A model generated the notes under the pieces. That model did no database searches, was not told the DNA's origin, and was given only the letters and a program-made list of their open reading frames with translations. Of a DNA stretch of 64,000 bases, positions 10,891-20,324 are shown one piece after another. Position numbers and translations under genes: made by a program. The DNA is from an uncultured Lentisphaerales bacterium (GTDB lineage: Bacteria > Verrucomicrobiota > Lentisphaeria > JABSQK01 > UBA12247): assembly GCA_943788985.1 (NCBI GenBank), contig CALSSJ010000017.1, positions 128,001 through 192,000 on the forward strand, written 5' to 3'. The first letter of the stretch is position 1; every line of letters starts with the position of its first letter.

Positions 10891-11276
10891 GACGGATCCT
10901 GCTCGATACGCACGCCCTCCTCTGGTTTATCGCCAGATCTGGCAGCTCCCTTGGACCTGAAGCGCTCGCCTTGATTATCGAACCGCGCAATCATGTCTAC
11001 GTGAGTGTAGCCAGCACGTGGGAGATCTCTATCAAGCGAGCCTTGGGGAAACTCCAAGCGCCAGCGGATATGGACGCGATTGTAGAGGACAAGTCCCTTT
11101 CAAAGCTACCCTTCACCCTATTCCATGGCGATCTCGCCGGCGCACTTCCTGCGCTGCACAATGATCCTTTCGATCGCATGCTGATCGCCCAGGCCCAAGT
11201 CGAAGGTTTGGAACTAATGACCAGCGATCATAAAATGCGGCAGTACAAAGTTCGGTGTATCAACGCAGCCCAGTAG
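10887..11276 (+). CDS. vapC: PIN-domain VapC family toxin
   Basis: ILLDTHALLW, VSVASTWEISIK, HNDPFDRMLIAQAQVEGL..TSD; ATGA overlap with the antitoxin. Confidence 0.93.
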   Translation: MRRILLDTHALLWFIARSGSSLGPEALALIIEPRNHVYVSVASTWEISIKRALGKLQAPADMDAIVEDKSLSKLPFTLFHGDLAGALPALHNDPFDRMLIAQAQVEGLELMTSDHKMRQYKVRCINAAQ

Positions 11277-11547
11277 CAGAATCGCGCCTTGTGCGCAATC
11301 ACTACTCCCCCGTTACGGCCACGCTGACACGGTGACGGCACCAGCTTCAATAGCAACGTCTTGGAGATGGGCGCTTTCGATTCGTGTGGAAGACATATAG
11401 TTGGGCATTATCTCCGCGAGAACGCATGTATCGGTCACGGGCCTGTGTTTTCGGCCTTGCAGTCTAGAACGAGCTTGCAGCGATGAATGAACACCTCGGG
11501 TAGAGTGCGAACATCGGGCTAATCGTCGGCTGAATCGTCTCGTATTT

Positions 11548-11572
11548 CTTCCCTTCCTTCTTTCCTTCCTGT
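11548..11572. repeat. Pyrimidine-rich dispersed repeat family C, copy 1
   Basis: CTTCCCTTCCTTCTTTCCTTCCTGT, 22/25 identical to 49504-49528. Confidence 0.55.
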
Positions 11573-11745
11573 TCAGCACCATCAGACGTGGCTCAGCGAC
11601 CTGGCACTGTCTGGAGAATCAAGGTCAGTCGCGTCCATGGCCGCTACGCTCCCCGCAGCCTCCGCCCACGCAAGGCCCAGCACTTGATTGTAGCCTTTTT
11701 GATGTTTGGGTTGAAAAATTTCGAAAGACAGGGAACTGTGCAGTC

Positions 11746-12528
11746 ATGGAATTCAGACCTTGCATAGATCTTAAAGACGGCCGCGTGGTCCAGATTGTAG
11801 GTGGCTCCCTCTCAGACAGCGATCGCTCCGCCGTGCAAACCAACTTCACGACCGACCGTTCGCCTGCGGAGTTCGCAAACCTGTACCGTGAGGATGGCCT
11901 GACCGGCGGGCATGTGATCGCGCTAGGGCCGGGCAACCAGGACGCTGCACTCGCGGCATTCGCCGCCTATCCCGGCGGGTTGCAGATGGGCGGCGGCGTA
12001 AACCTGGACAATGCGACCAGCTATCTGGACGCTGGTGCCAGCCACGTCATCGTCACGTCATTCGTCTTCCGGAACGGCAAGATCGACCAATCACGGTTAG
12101 ACGCCCTCATTGGCCGCATTGGCAGCAAGCGGCTGGTCTTGGATCTCAGCTGCCGCCAACGAGACGGCCGCTACTGGATTGTCACCGATCGCTGGCAGAC
12201 CTTTACCGATGTCTGCGTCAGCCCCGAGACCTTGGCCCAACTTGGCGGCCAGTGCGATGAGTTTCTGGTCCACGGCGTCGATGTCGAAGGCCACCAGGCT
12301 GGCATCGAGGAAGAGCTCGTCGCCCTTCTCGGCGAGCATTCTCCGATTCCTTCCACCTACGCGGGCGGCGCCCGCCATTTCGCCGACCTGGAACGGGTCA
12401 AGGAACTTGGTCGCGGCCGTGTCCACCTCACGATCGGCAGCGCCCTCGATATCTTTGGCGGTGCCCTCCCCTACCGGGACGTCGTCGCCTGGCATCAGGC
12501 CCAGGGCAATGACACATCCTACCGGTAG
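11746..12528 (+). CDS. hisA: ProFAR isomerase, eukaryotic (HIS6/plant) type
   Basis: [75 protein letters not shown]. Confidence 0.95.
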   Translation: MEFRPCIDLKDGRVVQIVGGSLSDSDRSAVQTNFTTDRSPAEFANLYREDGLTGGHVIALGPGNQDAALAAFAAYPGGLQMGGGVNLDNATSYLDAGASHVIVTSFVFRNGKIDQSRLDALIGRIGSKRLVLDLSCRQRDGRYWIVTDRWQTFTDVCVSPETLAQLGGQCDEFLVHGVDVEGHQAGIEEELVALLGEHSPIPSTYAGGARHFADLERVKELGRGRVHLTIGSALDIFGGALPYRDVVAWHQAQGNDTSYR

Positions 12529-12939
12529 AAATCAATCCAGGCGATTCGCATCGTCTCGGGGTTTGCCGCTAGAATCTCGGCGGACAGACTCAGTTCAAAC
12601 CAACCTCCGGCTTCCCAACTACCCGCAGGCGAGCATCATCAAGCGCCACGGGCTTGCCATTGGCCTTCAGCTCGATCCGCGGCCCCAGATCTCCATGGCT
12701 GGCTACACTTACAGCCAGCGTGTGACAAGCGGTCTTGTGCTTGCGCGATTTCAAGCCCTTCAGGTACAGGCGAACCACCAGGCGCTCAGGCAAGGCATCG
12801 CCACGTTGCACCGTGGCCGGCCCAATCCCGACCTGACTGCCGTAAGATCTGTCTCGCGATCGCAGCTCACCTCGATCGCCCTCGCCTGCAACGCTGCGAG
12901 CAGCACACAGCCTAGCAGTCCAAATCGCCGGTAGCTCAT
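12519..12939 (-). pseudogene. Frameshifted secreted hypothetical protein ending in WIDFYR
   Basis: Three frames join into signal peptide MSYRRFGLLGCVLLAALQARA / GIGPATVQRGDALPERLVVRLYLKGLK / [28 protein letters not shown]. Confidence 0.5.
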
Positions 12940-13065
12940 GGCACAGTCCTCTTTTTACCTGATCATCCCCTCTTCCTTACCCGCGCCCTGCAAGAAGTCA
13001 ACAGTCACTCCGAGAGCTTCCCCCTCACCGTCGAGTAGTGGTTCCCCCATCGCTACGAGGGAACG

Positions 13066-13186
13066 GCACTTCCGTGCCTGACTACGAACCCCATGCCCCA
13101 GCAATCTGCGAAAATCTGTGAAATCTGCGGATAGCCTCTTCTCCCCCTTCGACAGTCCTCCTTCCGTGCCTTCCGTGGTTCAAAAT
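13066..13186. repeat. Cluster of REP-like and 9-bp periodic intergenic repeats
   Basis: Minus strand GGTTCGTAG-tca-GGCACggaaGTGCC (GTAG plus hairpin); AATCTGCGA/AAATCTGTG/AAATCTGCG; CTTCCGTGC/CTTCCGTGG. Confidence 0.55.
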
Positions 13187-13204
13187 CCTCCCCCCCTCCG
13201 GCTC

Positions 13205-13873
13205 TCAGCGCACCTCATTCACAAAGTTTGCCTCCCAGCCCGTCGCTCCCTTCACGAGATCAATGACGACCGGTTCATTGGCAACCTTGTAGCTGCGATC
13301 GACAATACTGGCATTCACACAGGTGGTCTTCCCCAGCGTAGAGACGCCATAACTTTCGTGGATGTGCCCGAACAAGCAGAGCGTCGGCTGGATGCGCTCA
13401 AGGGCAGCCGCCAGCTCCTGACACCCCGACCGGTCACCACCTGACGTCAGGTCACGATGTCCATGAGGCGGACCGTGTACAATCACCACATCAGTATCGT
13501 CCGGGATCAGGTCCCACTTTTCCCGGAGCGCCTTGCCCCGACGGAGGTTGAACGCCCAATTGAAGAACAGAGGCTGCCACGGCGTCCCGTAGAACTTGAC
13601 GCCCTCGAACTCGAAAGCCTGATCCTGCAGATACCTGAAATTCTTCACGATCCGCAGCGCCGCATCGTGCTCACGCTCAAAGCAGAAATCGTGGTTTCCA
13701 GCGATCACAAAGATCCCTCGAAAGTCCAGCGTCCCCGCCCAGCGATTAAACTCTCGGAGTTCGTCAAGCGTCCCCATCCGCGTCATATCGCCAGCGTGCA
13801 CAAGCACATCGCCTGACGGCAAACTAGCCTGTCCATGCAATGAGTGGGTATCACTGGTCACAACAATTCGCAA
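13205..13873 (-). CDS. Calcineurin-like metallophosphoesterase (MPPED/239FB-like)
   Basis: SDTH, HAGD, IAGNHD, PWQP, VHGPP, FGHIHE motifs; TTG start. Confidence 0.93.
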   Translation of the reverse strand: MRIVVTSDTHSLHGQASLPSGDVLVHAGDMTRMGTLDELREFNRWAGTLDFRGIFVIAGNHDFCFEREHDAALRIVKNFRYLQDQAFEFEGVKFYGTPWQPLFFNWAFNLRRGKALREKWDLIPDDTDVVIVHGPPHGHRDLTSGGDRSGCQELAAALERIQPTLCLFGHIHESYGVSTLGKTTCVNASIVDRSYKVANEPVVIDLVKGATGWEANFVNEVR

Positions 13874-13984
13874 AGCAACCTCCTGCCTTTTTCCTTCTTT
13901 TACGTCCTGGGCCCAGAAAGGGACGACCAGCCTCTTCCTATTCTCTGTGCCCTCTGTGGTGATCCTCTTCTCGCTCTGCCCCCG

Positions 13985-14992
13985 CTACTGCTCCCCAGCC
14001 AGGTCCGGGGCAACCCAGCGATTACTTCTGGCCCCTTCATAAATTGCGGTCATTACAGCCACGCTGTAGGCAGCTTCGTCGGCGCTGATAAACGCGCCCG
14101 TCGGCCGCCCAGCCACGCCATCCAGAAACGCCTGAAACGGATGCGGTGCCGCGTCCGGAAGATCCTCCCAGATCTCTCCGTCGGCCCCCTCGATGTGCGC
14201 TGAATTCAGATGCAGCTTGCCATTTATCACCGTGGCCCATCCCTCCGTGCCAAAGACTTGCAGGGTAATCGGATTTCCGACATCCACCCAGCTAGCTGCA
14301 ATGCTGCCAATGACACCAGACTTAAACTTCAAAAAGCCTTCACCGGTCTCATCGCACCCGGGATAGCGATCTGTCACCGACATGATCGAGCCAGTCACCT
14401 GCTCGACTTCCCCAAACAGCCACAGCAACAGGTCCAACGAATGCGTGCCAAGGTCGCCGTAGGCGCCACAGCCCGCAATGGCGGGATCCGCCATCCAGCG
14501 CCAGTCGCTGTCGAACCAGCCAGCCAAAGCGCCCGAGTGACAGTTCGAATGGCGCACCCGGGTTACGGTCCCAAAAGCTCCAGCCGCAAGTTGCCCGCGG
14601 ATGAACATATGAGCCGCATTGGCACGATTGAAGTAGCCAGTCTGAAACTTCACCCCGGCTTCGCGGATTGCTGCAGCCATCGAGTATGAATCCGCCGCGG
14701 CCATCCCGAGTGGCTTCTCGACAAACATATCCTTCCCAGCTGCAGCAGACGCCAGCACCAGCTCCTCATGTTGGTCAGTCTCTGAGCAGATAACTACGGC
14801 CGGAATCGATGCATCGGCCCAGATCTCATCCAAGCTCACAACGGGTGCGCTGAGTGCCTCTGCTCGCTCAGCGGCCCGGCCCGCATCCTGGTCCCAAACC
14901 GCGACAGCTTGGATTTCCGCATCTTCGTTAATGCGCTTGATGAAGCTCGGGGCGTGAATATGGCCGCCGCCAATCAATGCGATGTTCGTCAT
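13985..14992 (-). CDS. Gfo/Idh/MocA family oxidoreductase
   Basis: IALIGGGH, FVEKPL, GAYGDLGTHSLD; ATG at 14992. Confidence 0.92.
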   Translation of the reverse strand: MTNIALIGGGHIHAPSFIKRINEDAEIQAVAVWDQDAGRAAERAEALSAPVVSLDEIWADASIPAVVICSETDQHEELVLASAAAGKDMFVEKPLGMAAADSYSMAAAIREAGVKFQTGYFNRANAAHMFIRGQLAAGAFGTVTRVRHSNCHSGALAGWFDSDWRWMADPAIAGCGAYGDLGTHSLDLLLWLFGEVEQVTGSIMSVTDRYPGCDETGEGFLKFKSGVIGSIAASWVDVGNPITLQVFGTEGWATVINGKLHLNSAHIEGADGEIWEDLPDAAPHPFQAFLDGVAGRPTGAFISADEAAYSVAVMTAIYEGARSNRWVAPDLAGEQ

Positions 14993-15809
14993 GAGAACTC
15001 CTGCCGTACCAAATGAAGGATCCCTGCTCGTAGACAATAACCGCTTTTCCCCCAGCCGCGATCCCGCCCTGGATTTGATACCTACAGGTGATTCTGATCC
15101 AGCAAATAGGAGCCCGCCCAATCCCGTGCCTTGGTGGCCATTTGCGGCCTGCCCAGTCATGATTTCCGGCTGCGTCTTGCTGTACGATGGCGTCAGCGAG
15201 AAACAACTCCTGACGCTCATTGAGCCCATAGCGCGGTTGGTGCTAGCCATTCCCGCCATCGTCTATGGCCATGGATTTGGGTGGTTCTCAACCTACCCTG
15301 CTTCGGCCAAAAAGGAGGATGGCGATCGCCATCCTTCTCTGCACGCTTGGCAGCTGGGTCTGGCCTAGCTAGCAGGCAAAAATCTGGGTGGCGTTAGGTC
15401 CGTGTAGCCTGCTCTTTCGGCTTCTCATCTGGTGCGATTCACGCACCAATGCCACGGAACTACCCCTCGCGCAGTGAAACTTCGGCAGCAAGTTAAATGC
15501 CTTGACCTACGCCTGCACTATGCTCCCCACGGGGTGTAAACTCGTAGGACCGGCTACTTTGATTCCAGCCTGATGTGGCTTGGGATTCTGGTGTTCATCG
15601 CCTGACATCCCGTCCCATTCGTCTGCAAGCGGCTGTTCCGCGCCCGGGCGGCAAAGCGCGCGCTGACTTTGGCATAGATGCCCCGCCGCTCAGTGGGTGC
15701 CGTCTAGATAAAGACCCATTTCGGCAGCTTGTGGCAGAGCAGGCTTGCCCAACACGCTAGCTCACGTACATTCGGCACGCTTGAATGCTGACAACTGAAG
15801 GAGCTTTCC

Positions 15810-16553
15810 GTGAGCCAATTGGGTTATGATGACACGCCGCATATTTCGGGCAATCCGTACCGCGTCCACGATAAAGCGCGCCCGCAACCACGCGTGGTCG
15901 CACCCGGGACGGAAAGCTCGCAGGAAAATCCGGGTAACGCACCCGCTGATGCACAGATTTTGTTCGATGGCAGCAATCTCTCCGGCTGGGAAAGCGTCCG
16001 AGATGGCTCTGACGCTGCCTGGAAGCTGGAGCACGGCTACATGGAAGTGGTCCCCACTACCGGCGATATTCAGACCAAGGCACACTTCGGCGATTGCCAA
16101 CTGCACGTGGAGTTTGCCTCGCCTGAAGTTGTGAAGGGCGATGGCCAGGGCCGCGGCAATAGCGGCCTGTTCCTGATGGGCCGCTATGAGATTCAGGTCT
16201 TGGATTGTTTTCAGAACCCGACCTACGCAGATGGCACGACCGGCGGAATCTACGGGCAATGCCCGCCCCTGGTGAATCCCTGTCGCGCCCCCGGCGCTTG
16301 GCAGACGTACGATATTATCTGGATCGGCCCACGCTTTTGCAATGGCAAGCTGGTATGCCAGGCTGCGGTGACGGTGTTTCTGAATGGGGTGCTGCTGCAC
16401 CACAACAAGACGCTATTGGGGCCCACTGAGCATCGCACGACGACCCGGTATGAGGAGCACCCACAGCAAGGCCCGCTCCGGCTGCAGGATCACGGGGATC
16501 TAGTGCGTTTTCGTAATGTCTGGCAGCGCCCGCTGACAGATTACGACGGCTGA
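15810..16553 (+). CDS. DUF1080 (3-keto-disaccharide hydrolase-like) protein
   Basis: ILFDGSNLSGW, QLHVEF, GNSGLFL..RYEIQVLD, WQTYDI, LQDHGDLVRFRNVW. Confidence 0.92.
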   Translation: MSQLGYDDTPHISGNPYRVHDKARPQPRVVAPGTESSQENPGNAPADAQILFDGSNLSGWESVRDGSDAAWKLEHGYMEVVPTTGDIQTKAHFGDCQLHVEFASPEVVKGDGQGRGNSGLFLMGRYEIQVLDCFQNPTYADGTTGGIYGQCPPLVNPCRAPGAWQTYDIIWIGPRFCNGKLVCQAAVTVFLNGVLLHHNKTLLGPTEHRTTTRYEEHPQQGPLRLQDHGDLVRFRNVWQRPLTDYDG

Positions 16554-16646
16554 ACCGGTAGTATTTGTTTTGCGACCGGGTTTAAAGGTTATTGACATGA
16601 AGTCGTGTAGCATAAACGTGTTGGCAGGTGTCTGATTATCGAAGAC

Positions 16647-17231
16647 TTGGAAAACTTTCCGTCTGACCGGGAGCTTCTGGAGCGTGCCCAGAGCGGCGAT
16701 GACGAAGCGTTCGGCCTACTCGTGCAGGTGCACCAGGCCAAACTGCGCGGCTTTGCCGCGCGCTACCTCGATGACTCCAATGATGTGTATGACATCGTGC
16801 AGGATGCCTTTGTGGACGCCTATCGCCATCTGGACCGCTTCGACCTGTCGCGACAGTTTGGGCCATGGCTGCGAGCGATCTGCAAAAATCGCATCCTGAA
16901 TCTGTTTCGCTCACGCCGGGTGCGGCGTGATGTGAACCTCACGATCATTGACGATGCGCTGGCGGATCAGGTGCAGTCCGAAGAGGCTGTGGATGAGAAT
17001 TTTGTGGATCGCCTAGTGGCCATGCGTCACTGCATCCAAAAGCTGCCGGATTCTCAGAAGGAGCTCATCGAGCTTCGCTACAATGTCAGGGTCAGCGTCA
17101 AGGATCTGGCGGAAACGATGAATGTGAGCGCAGCAGCTTTGTCTATGCAGCTGATGCGCATGCGCCATAGCATCAAGCGGTGCATGCAACTGCGCCTGTC
17201 ATTGAAACCCAGTGAGGAGACAGAGCCATGA
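16647..17231 (+). CDS. ECF sigma-70 factor
   Basis: SDRELLERAQSGDDEAFGLLV, DIVQDAFVDAY, FGPWLRAI; region 4 CIQKLP..KELIELRY. Confidence 0.92.
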   Translation: MENFPSDRELLERAQSGDDEAFGLLVQVHQAKLRGFAARYLDDSNDVYDIVQDAFVDAYRHLDRFDLSRQFGPWLRAICKNRILNLFRSRRVRRDVNLTIIDDALADQVQSEEAVDENFVDRLVAMRHCIQKLPDSQKELIELRYNVRVSVKDLAETMNVSAAALSMQLMRMRHSIKRCMQLRLSLKPSEETEP

Positions 17232-18202
17232 ACAGGGAAGAAATGTCTCGCTTCCTCGAGGAGTATCGCGATGGCGTCATCAATGAAGAGGACGCCCGCA
17301 AGGTTGCGAGCGCGATTCGTGATGGTGGGGAGAATGCCGCCTGGGTCCTCGGGGAGCTTCAGTTTACGGGCTTTCTCTCCCAGGCACTTAATTCGATGGA
17401 TGATGAGTCGTTCGCCCGGAGCTTTATTGAGCGACTTGCCGCGGAGCGTTCGGCCAAGGATTTCAGCCGCGATGTCATTTCGGCGGCCACTGGTCAGCAT
17501 CGAGCGGTAGGCCCACAGGGAGAGCTTCCGTTCGGCTTGGCGAGCAATGCGCTGGAAAGTAAAGAGCAGCGCGAGGCTCGGGCAAAGCGCACCAAGAAAT
17601 GGCAGTACATCGCCGCCACAGTCGGCCTGATCGGCATCGTCGTCGTCCTCGACCTTATTCCCAGTTCCGTCGATGACCGGATGGGAACGCTCAGCGAAAT
17701 CACTACCGGCGTGTCACTGATCCGCCATAACAGAGAAGTCCTGCCGCACAAGAAGGACAAGCAAATCATACTGACGCGCGGTGACTTCATCATGCGCGGC
17801 GACGTGTTGCGCGTTCCCGCTGCGGACTCCGCACGAATTAGGATCTCCGAAAACAGCTGGATCAATCTCTACAACGGAGCAGCGGCGGTGTTCGCGCCCA
17901 ACCTCCCCGGAGAGACGAGGGTTCGGGCAGAGGATCGCGAGAACCTGATACTATTGCTCACCGAAGGAATTCTGGAGGCTCTGCTGGAGCCCCGCAGCCA
18001 ACCGGTGATACTGGCCACCCCACACACCATCGCGGAGTCCAAAGAAGCCCGCTTCACGGTTACGGTCACAAGGTCCACCAGTGTGGTCTCGGTTGAATCT
18101 GGCCGGGTCGTAATCACCCGCCGCTCGGACGGCCAGAGTGCAATCCTGACCGCCGGAAAAACCACTTATGTCAGCGCCGGTGGGGCGCTGTTAGTCGAGT
18201 AG
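17228..18202 (+). CDS. FecR-like anti-sigma factor (single TM)
   Basis: Overlaps the sigma stop (ATGA); TM IAATVGLIGIVVVL; FecR motif LTEG...ATPH..RFTVTV..VSVESGRV. Confidence 0.8.
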   Translation: MNREEMSRFLEEYRDGVINEEDARKVASAIRDGGENAAWVLGELQFTGFLSQALNSMDDESFARSFIERLAAERSAKDFSRDVISAATGQHRAVGPQGELPFGLASNALESKEQREARAKRTKKWQYIAATVGLIGIVVVLDLIPSSVDDRMGTLSEITTGVSLIRHNREVLPHKKDKQIILTRGDFIMRGDVLRVPAADSARIRISENSWINLYNGAAAVFAPNLPGETRVRAEDRENLILLLTEGILEALLEPRSQPVILATPHTIAESKEARFTVTVTRSTSVVSVESGRVVITRRSDGQSAILTAGKTTYVSAGGALLVE

Positions 18203-18213
18203 GAGGACAAAAA

Positions 18214-19020
18214 ATGACAAGTCCACACACACGGGTAAACGTAAACACGCTGCATCGCATGAAGGCCAAGGGCGAAAAAATCGCAATGCTGACCGCCTAT
18301 GATTTTTACACGGCGCAGATTTTTGACCAAGCAGGCATCGACATGTTGCTGGTCGGTGATACCCTGGGAATGGCCTTTGCCGGGCAGGAGGATACGCTGG
18401 GCGTGCGCCTGGAACAGATGGTCTACCACTGCGAGATTGTCTCCCGGGCAGCACAGCGCGCAATGATCGTGGGTGACATGCCCTTTCTGAGTTACCAGGT
18501 CAGTGCCGAGAAAGCGGTCGAAAATGCCGGGGCCTTGATCCAAGACGGCCGCGTACAAGCGGTAAAACTCGAGGGCGGGCGCACCATGGTACCGGTGATC
18601 AAGCGCATTCTTCGTGCCGGCATTCCAGTCATGGGCCACGTCGGACTCACGCCACAATCTGTCCATCGCTTTGGCGGTTGGCGCCTGCAGGGCAAGACTG
18701 CGAACTCCGCAGACCTCGTCCTACATGCCGCCCTGGCACTGGAAGACGCGGGCTGTTTTGCCGTAGTCCTGGAAGCGATTCCAGCAGAACTGGCAGACCA
18801 GATCACTGAGAAACTCACGATCCCCACAATTGGGATCGGTGCCGGGGTTGGCTGTGACGGACAAGTGCTGGTGACGCCCGACATGCTGGGGATCACGGAT
18901 TTTCGCGCTCGCTTCATTAAACGCTATGCGAGTGTGAAGGACGTACTGAGTCAGGCGGCAGGCGACTATTTGAAGGAAGTGAAAGATGGAACCTTCCCCA
19001 GTTCCGAGAACGAGTACTGA
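18214..19020 (+). CDS. panB: 3-methyl-2-oxobutanoate hydroxymethyltransferase
   Basis: MLTAYD, LLVGDTLG, GDMPF, VKLEGG, GHVGLTPQ, TIGIGAG..CDGQVLV. Confidence 0.98.
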   Translation: MTSPHTRVNVNTLHRMKAKGEKIAMLTAYDFYTAQIFDQAGIDMLLVGDTLGMAFAGQEDTLGVRLEQMVYHCEIVSRAAQRAMIVGDMPFLSYQVSAEKAVENAGALIQDGRVQAVKLEGGRTMVPVIKRILRAGIPVMGHVGLTPQSVHRFGGWRLQGKTANSADLVLHAALALEDAGCFAVVLEAIPAELADQITEKLTIPTIGIGAGVGCDGQVLVTPDMLGITDFRARFIKRYASVKDVLSQAAGDYLKEVKDGTFPSSENEY

Positions 19021-19068
19021 ACCGCGCGCGACTTTGTATAGTGGCGTCCTTTTTCCCGGGACCACAGC

Positions 19069-20109
19069 ATGACACCGACTCACGACTTGAATATACTTGG
19101 AACTGACGCTCTGATTTCCCCGAGAGAATTATCAGAAACGATGCCAATCTCGCCGGAAGCAGCAGAATGCGTATTGGCAGCACGGGCGGATGTGCGCTCT
19201 ATCCTTCGTGGCGAAGATTCCCGCCTGCTAGTGGTCGTTGGGCCTTGCTCGATTCACGACTCGGATGCGGCGTTAGAGTATGCCCAACGTCTAGCCATAG
19301 TAGCTAGTGAGGTCTCAGACACCATGTTAGTGACCATGCGCGTCTACTTCGAAAAGCCGCGCACGACGGTCGGCTGGAAAGGCCTGATCAACGATCCGCA
19401 TCTAGATGATTCCTTCGATATGAACGGTGGCCTGCGCCTGGCTCGAGAGCTGTTGTTGCAGATCGTGGCTCTAGGGTTGCCGGCCGCGACCGAGATGCTT
19501 GACCCGATTACCCCACAGTACATCTCCGATCTCGTGGCACTGGCGGCTATTGGTGCGCGCACCACTGAGTCGCCGACCCATCGCCAGATGGCCAGTGGCC
19601 TCTCGATGCCAGTGGGCTACAAGAATAGCACCGGTGGCGACCTCAAGACCGCCACAGACGCCATGCTAGCCGCGCGCGCACCACACAGTTTTCTGGGCAT
19701 TGATTACGACGGCAGAACCTGCATCGTCAACACCAGAGGGAACGACGACGGCTTCCTCATTCTTCGCGGCGGCACAGACGGCCCTAACTATGACGCGGCC
19801 AGCGTTGCCAACGCCGACAAAGCGCTAGCTGGCACCGGACTCAGCCCACACATGATGGTCGACTGCAGCCACGCCAACTCGGACAAGGATCATCGCCGGC
19901 AGCGATTGGTCTGGGATAACGTCCTGGCCCAGAAATTTGGCGGCACCAGAAGCGTGGTTGGTATGATGGTGGAGAGTAACCTCCAAGCAGGAAACCAGAA
20001 GGTCAGTGAGACGATGCAATACGGGGTCTCGATCACCGATGCCTGTATCAACTGGCCAGAGACCGAAGACTTGCTGCGCGAAAGCCACGCCACGCTGAAA
20101 AATGCCTGA
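19069..20109 (+). CDS. aroG: DAHP synthase, class I alpha (AroF/G/H family)
   Basis: [53 protein letters not shown]. Paralog specificity cannot be determined. Confidence 0.95.
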   Translation: MTPTHDLNILGTDALISPRELSETMPISPEAAECVLAARADVRSILRGEDSRLLVVVGPCSIHDSDAALEYAQRLAIVASEVSDTMLVTMRVYFEKPRTTVGWKGLINDPHLDDSFDMNGGLRLARELLLQIVALGLPAATEMLDPITPQYISDLVALAAIGARTTESPTHRQMASGLSMPVGYKNSTGGDLKTATDAMLAARAPHSFLGIDYDGRTCIVNTRGNDDGFLILRGGTDGPNYDAASVANADKALAGTGLSPHMMVDCSHANSDKDHRRQRLVWDNVLAQKFGGTRSVVGMMVESNLQAGNQKVSETMQYGVSITDACINWPETEDLLRESHATLKNA

Positions 20110-20275
20110 CGACGAGTTCGAACTCTACATCTGTATCCCCTGCGGCTACGTCTATGACCCGTCGCTAGGTGACCTCACCCAGGCCGTAGAGCCAGGAGTC
20201 CGGTTTGCGGACCTCGCAGACGACTGGTGGTGCCCCGGCTGCGGCGTGGACAAGACCCAGTTTGCCCTGCTATAG
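20102..20275 (+). CDS. Rubredoxin (57 aa, absent from the ORF track)
   Basis: [24 protein letters not shown]...[27 protein letters not shown]: CxxCGYxY and WxCPxC. Confidence 0.95.
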   Translation: MPDDEFELYICIPCGYVYDPSLGDLTQAVEPGVRFADLADDWWCPGCGVDKTQFALL

Positions 20276-20324
20276 CTGTTGATGTGCCACACGCATCTGC
20301 GAAATTCTCCCAAAGGAACCGCCT

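Noticed and set aside
14993..15259. N-terminal extensions in the ORF track (this oxidoreductase; also metG, ndk, ilvD, nitroreductase, aspS)
   Set aside because: Family homology begins at downstream ATGs; the nitroreductase extension even runs through tRNA-Pro.
15000..15800. Riboswitch or small gene in the long divergent intergenic region
   Set aside because: Only short hairpins and a weak hydrophobic ORF are present; I recognise no riboswitch consensus.
16592..16620. Sigma70 promoter from a perfect TTGACA
   Set aside because: There is no acceptable -10 at 16-18 bp spacing; TAGCAT is only 10 bp away.
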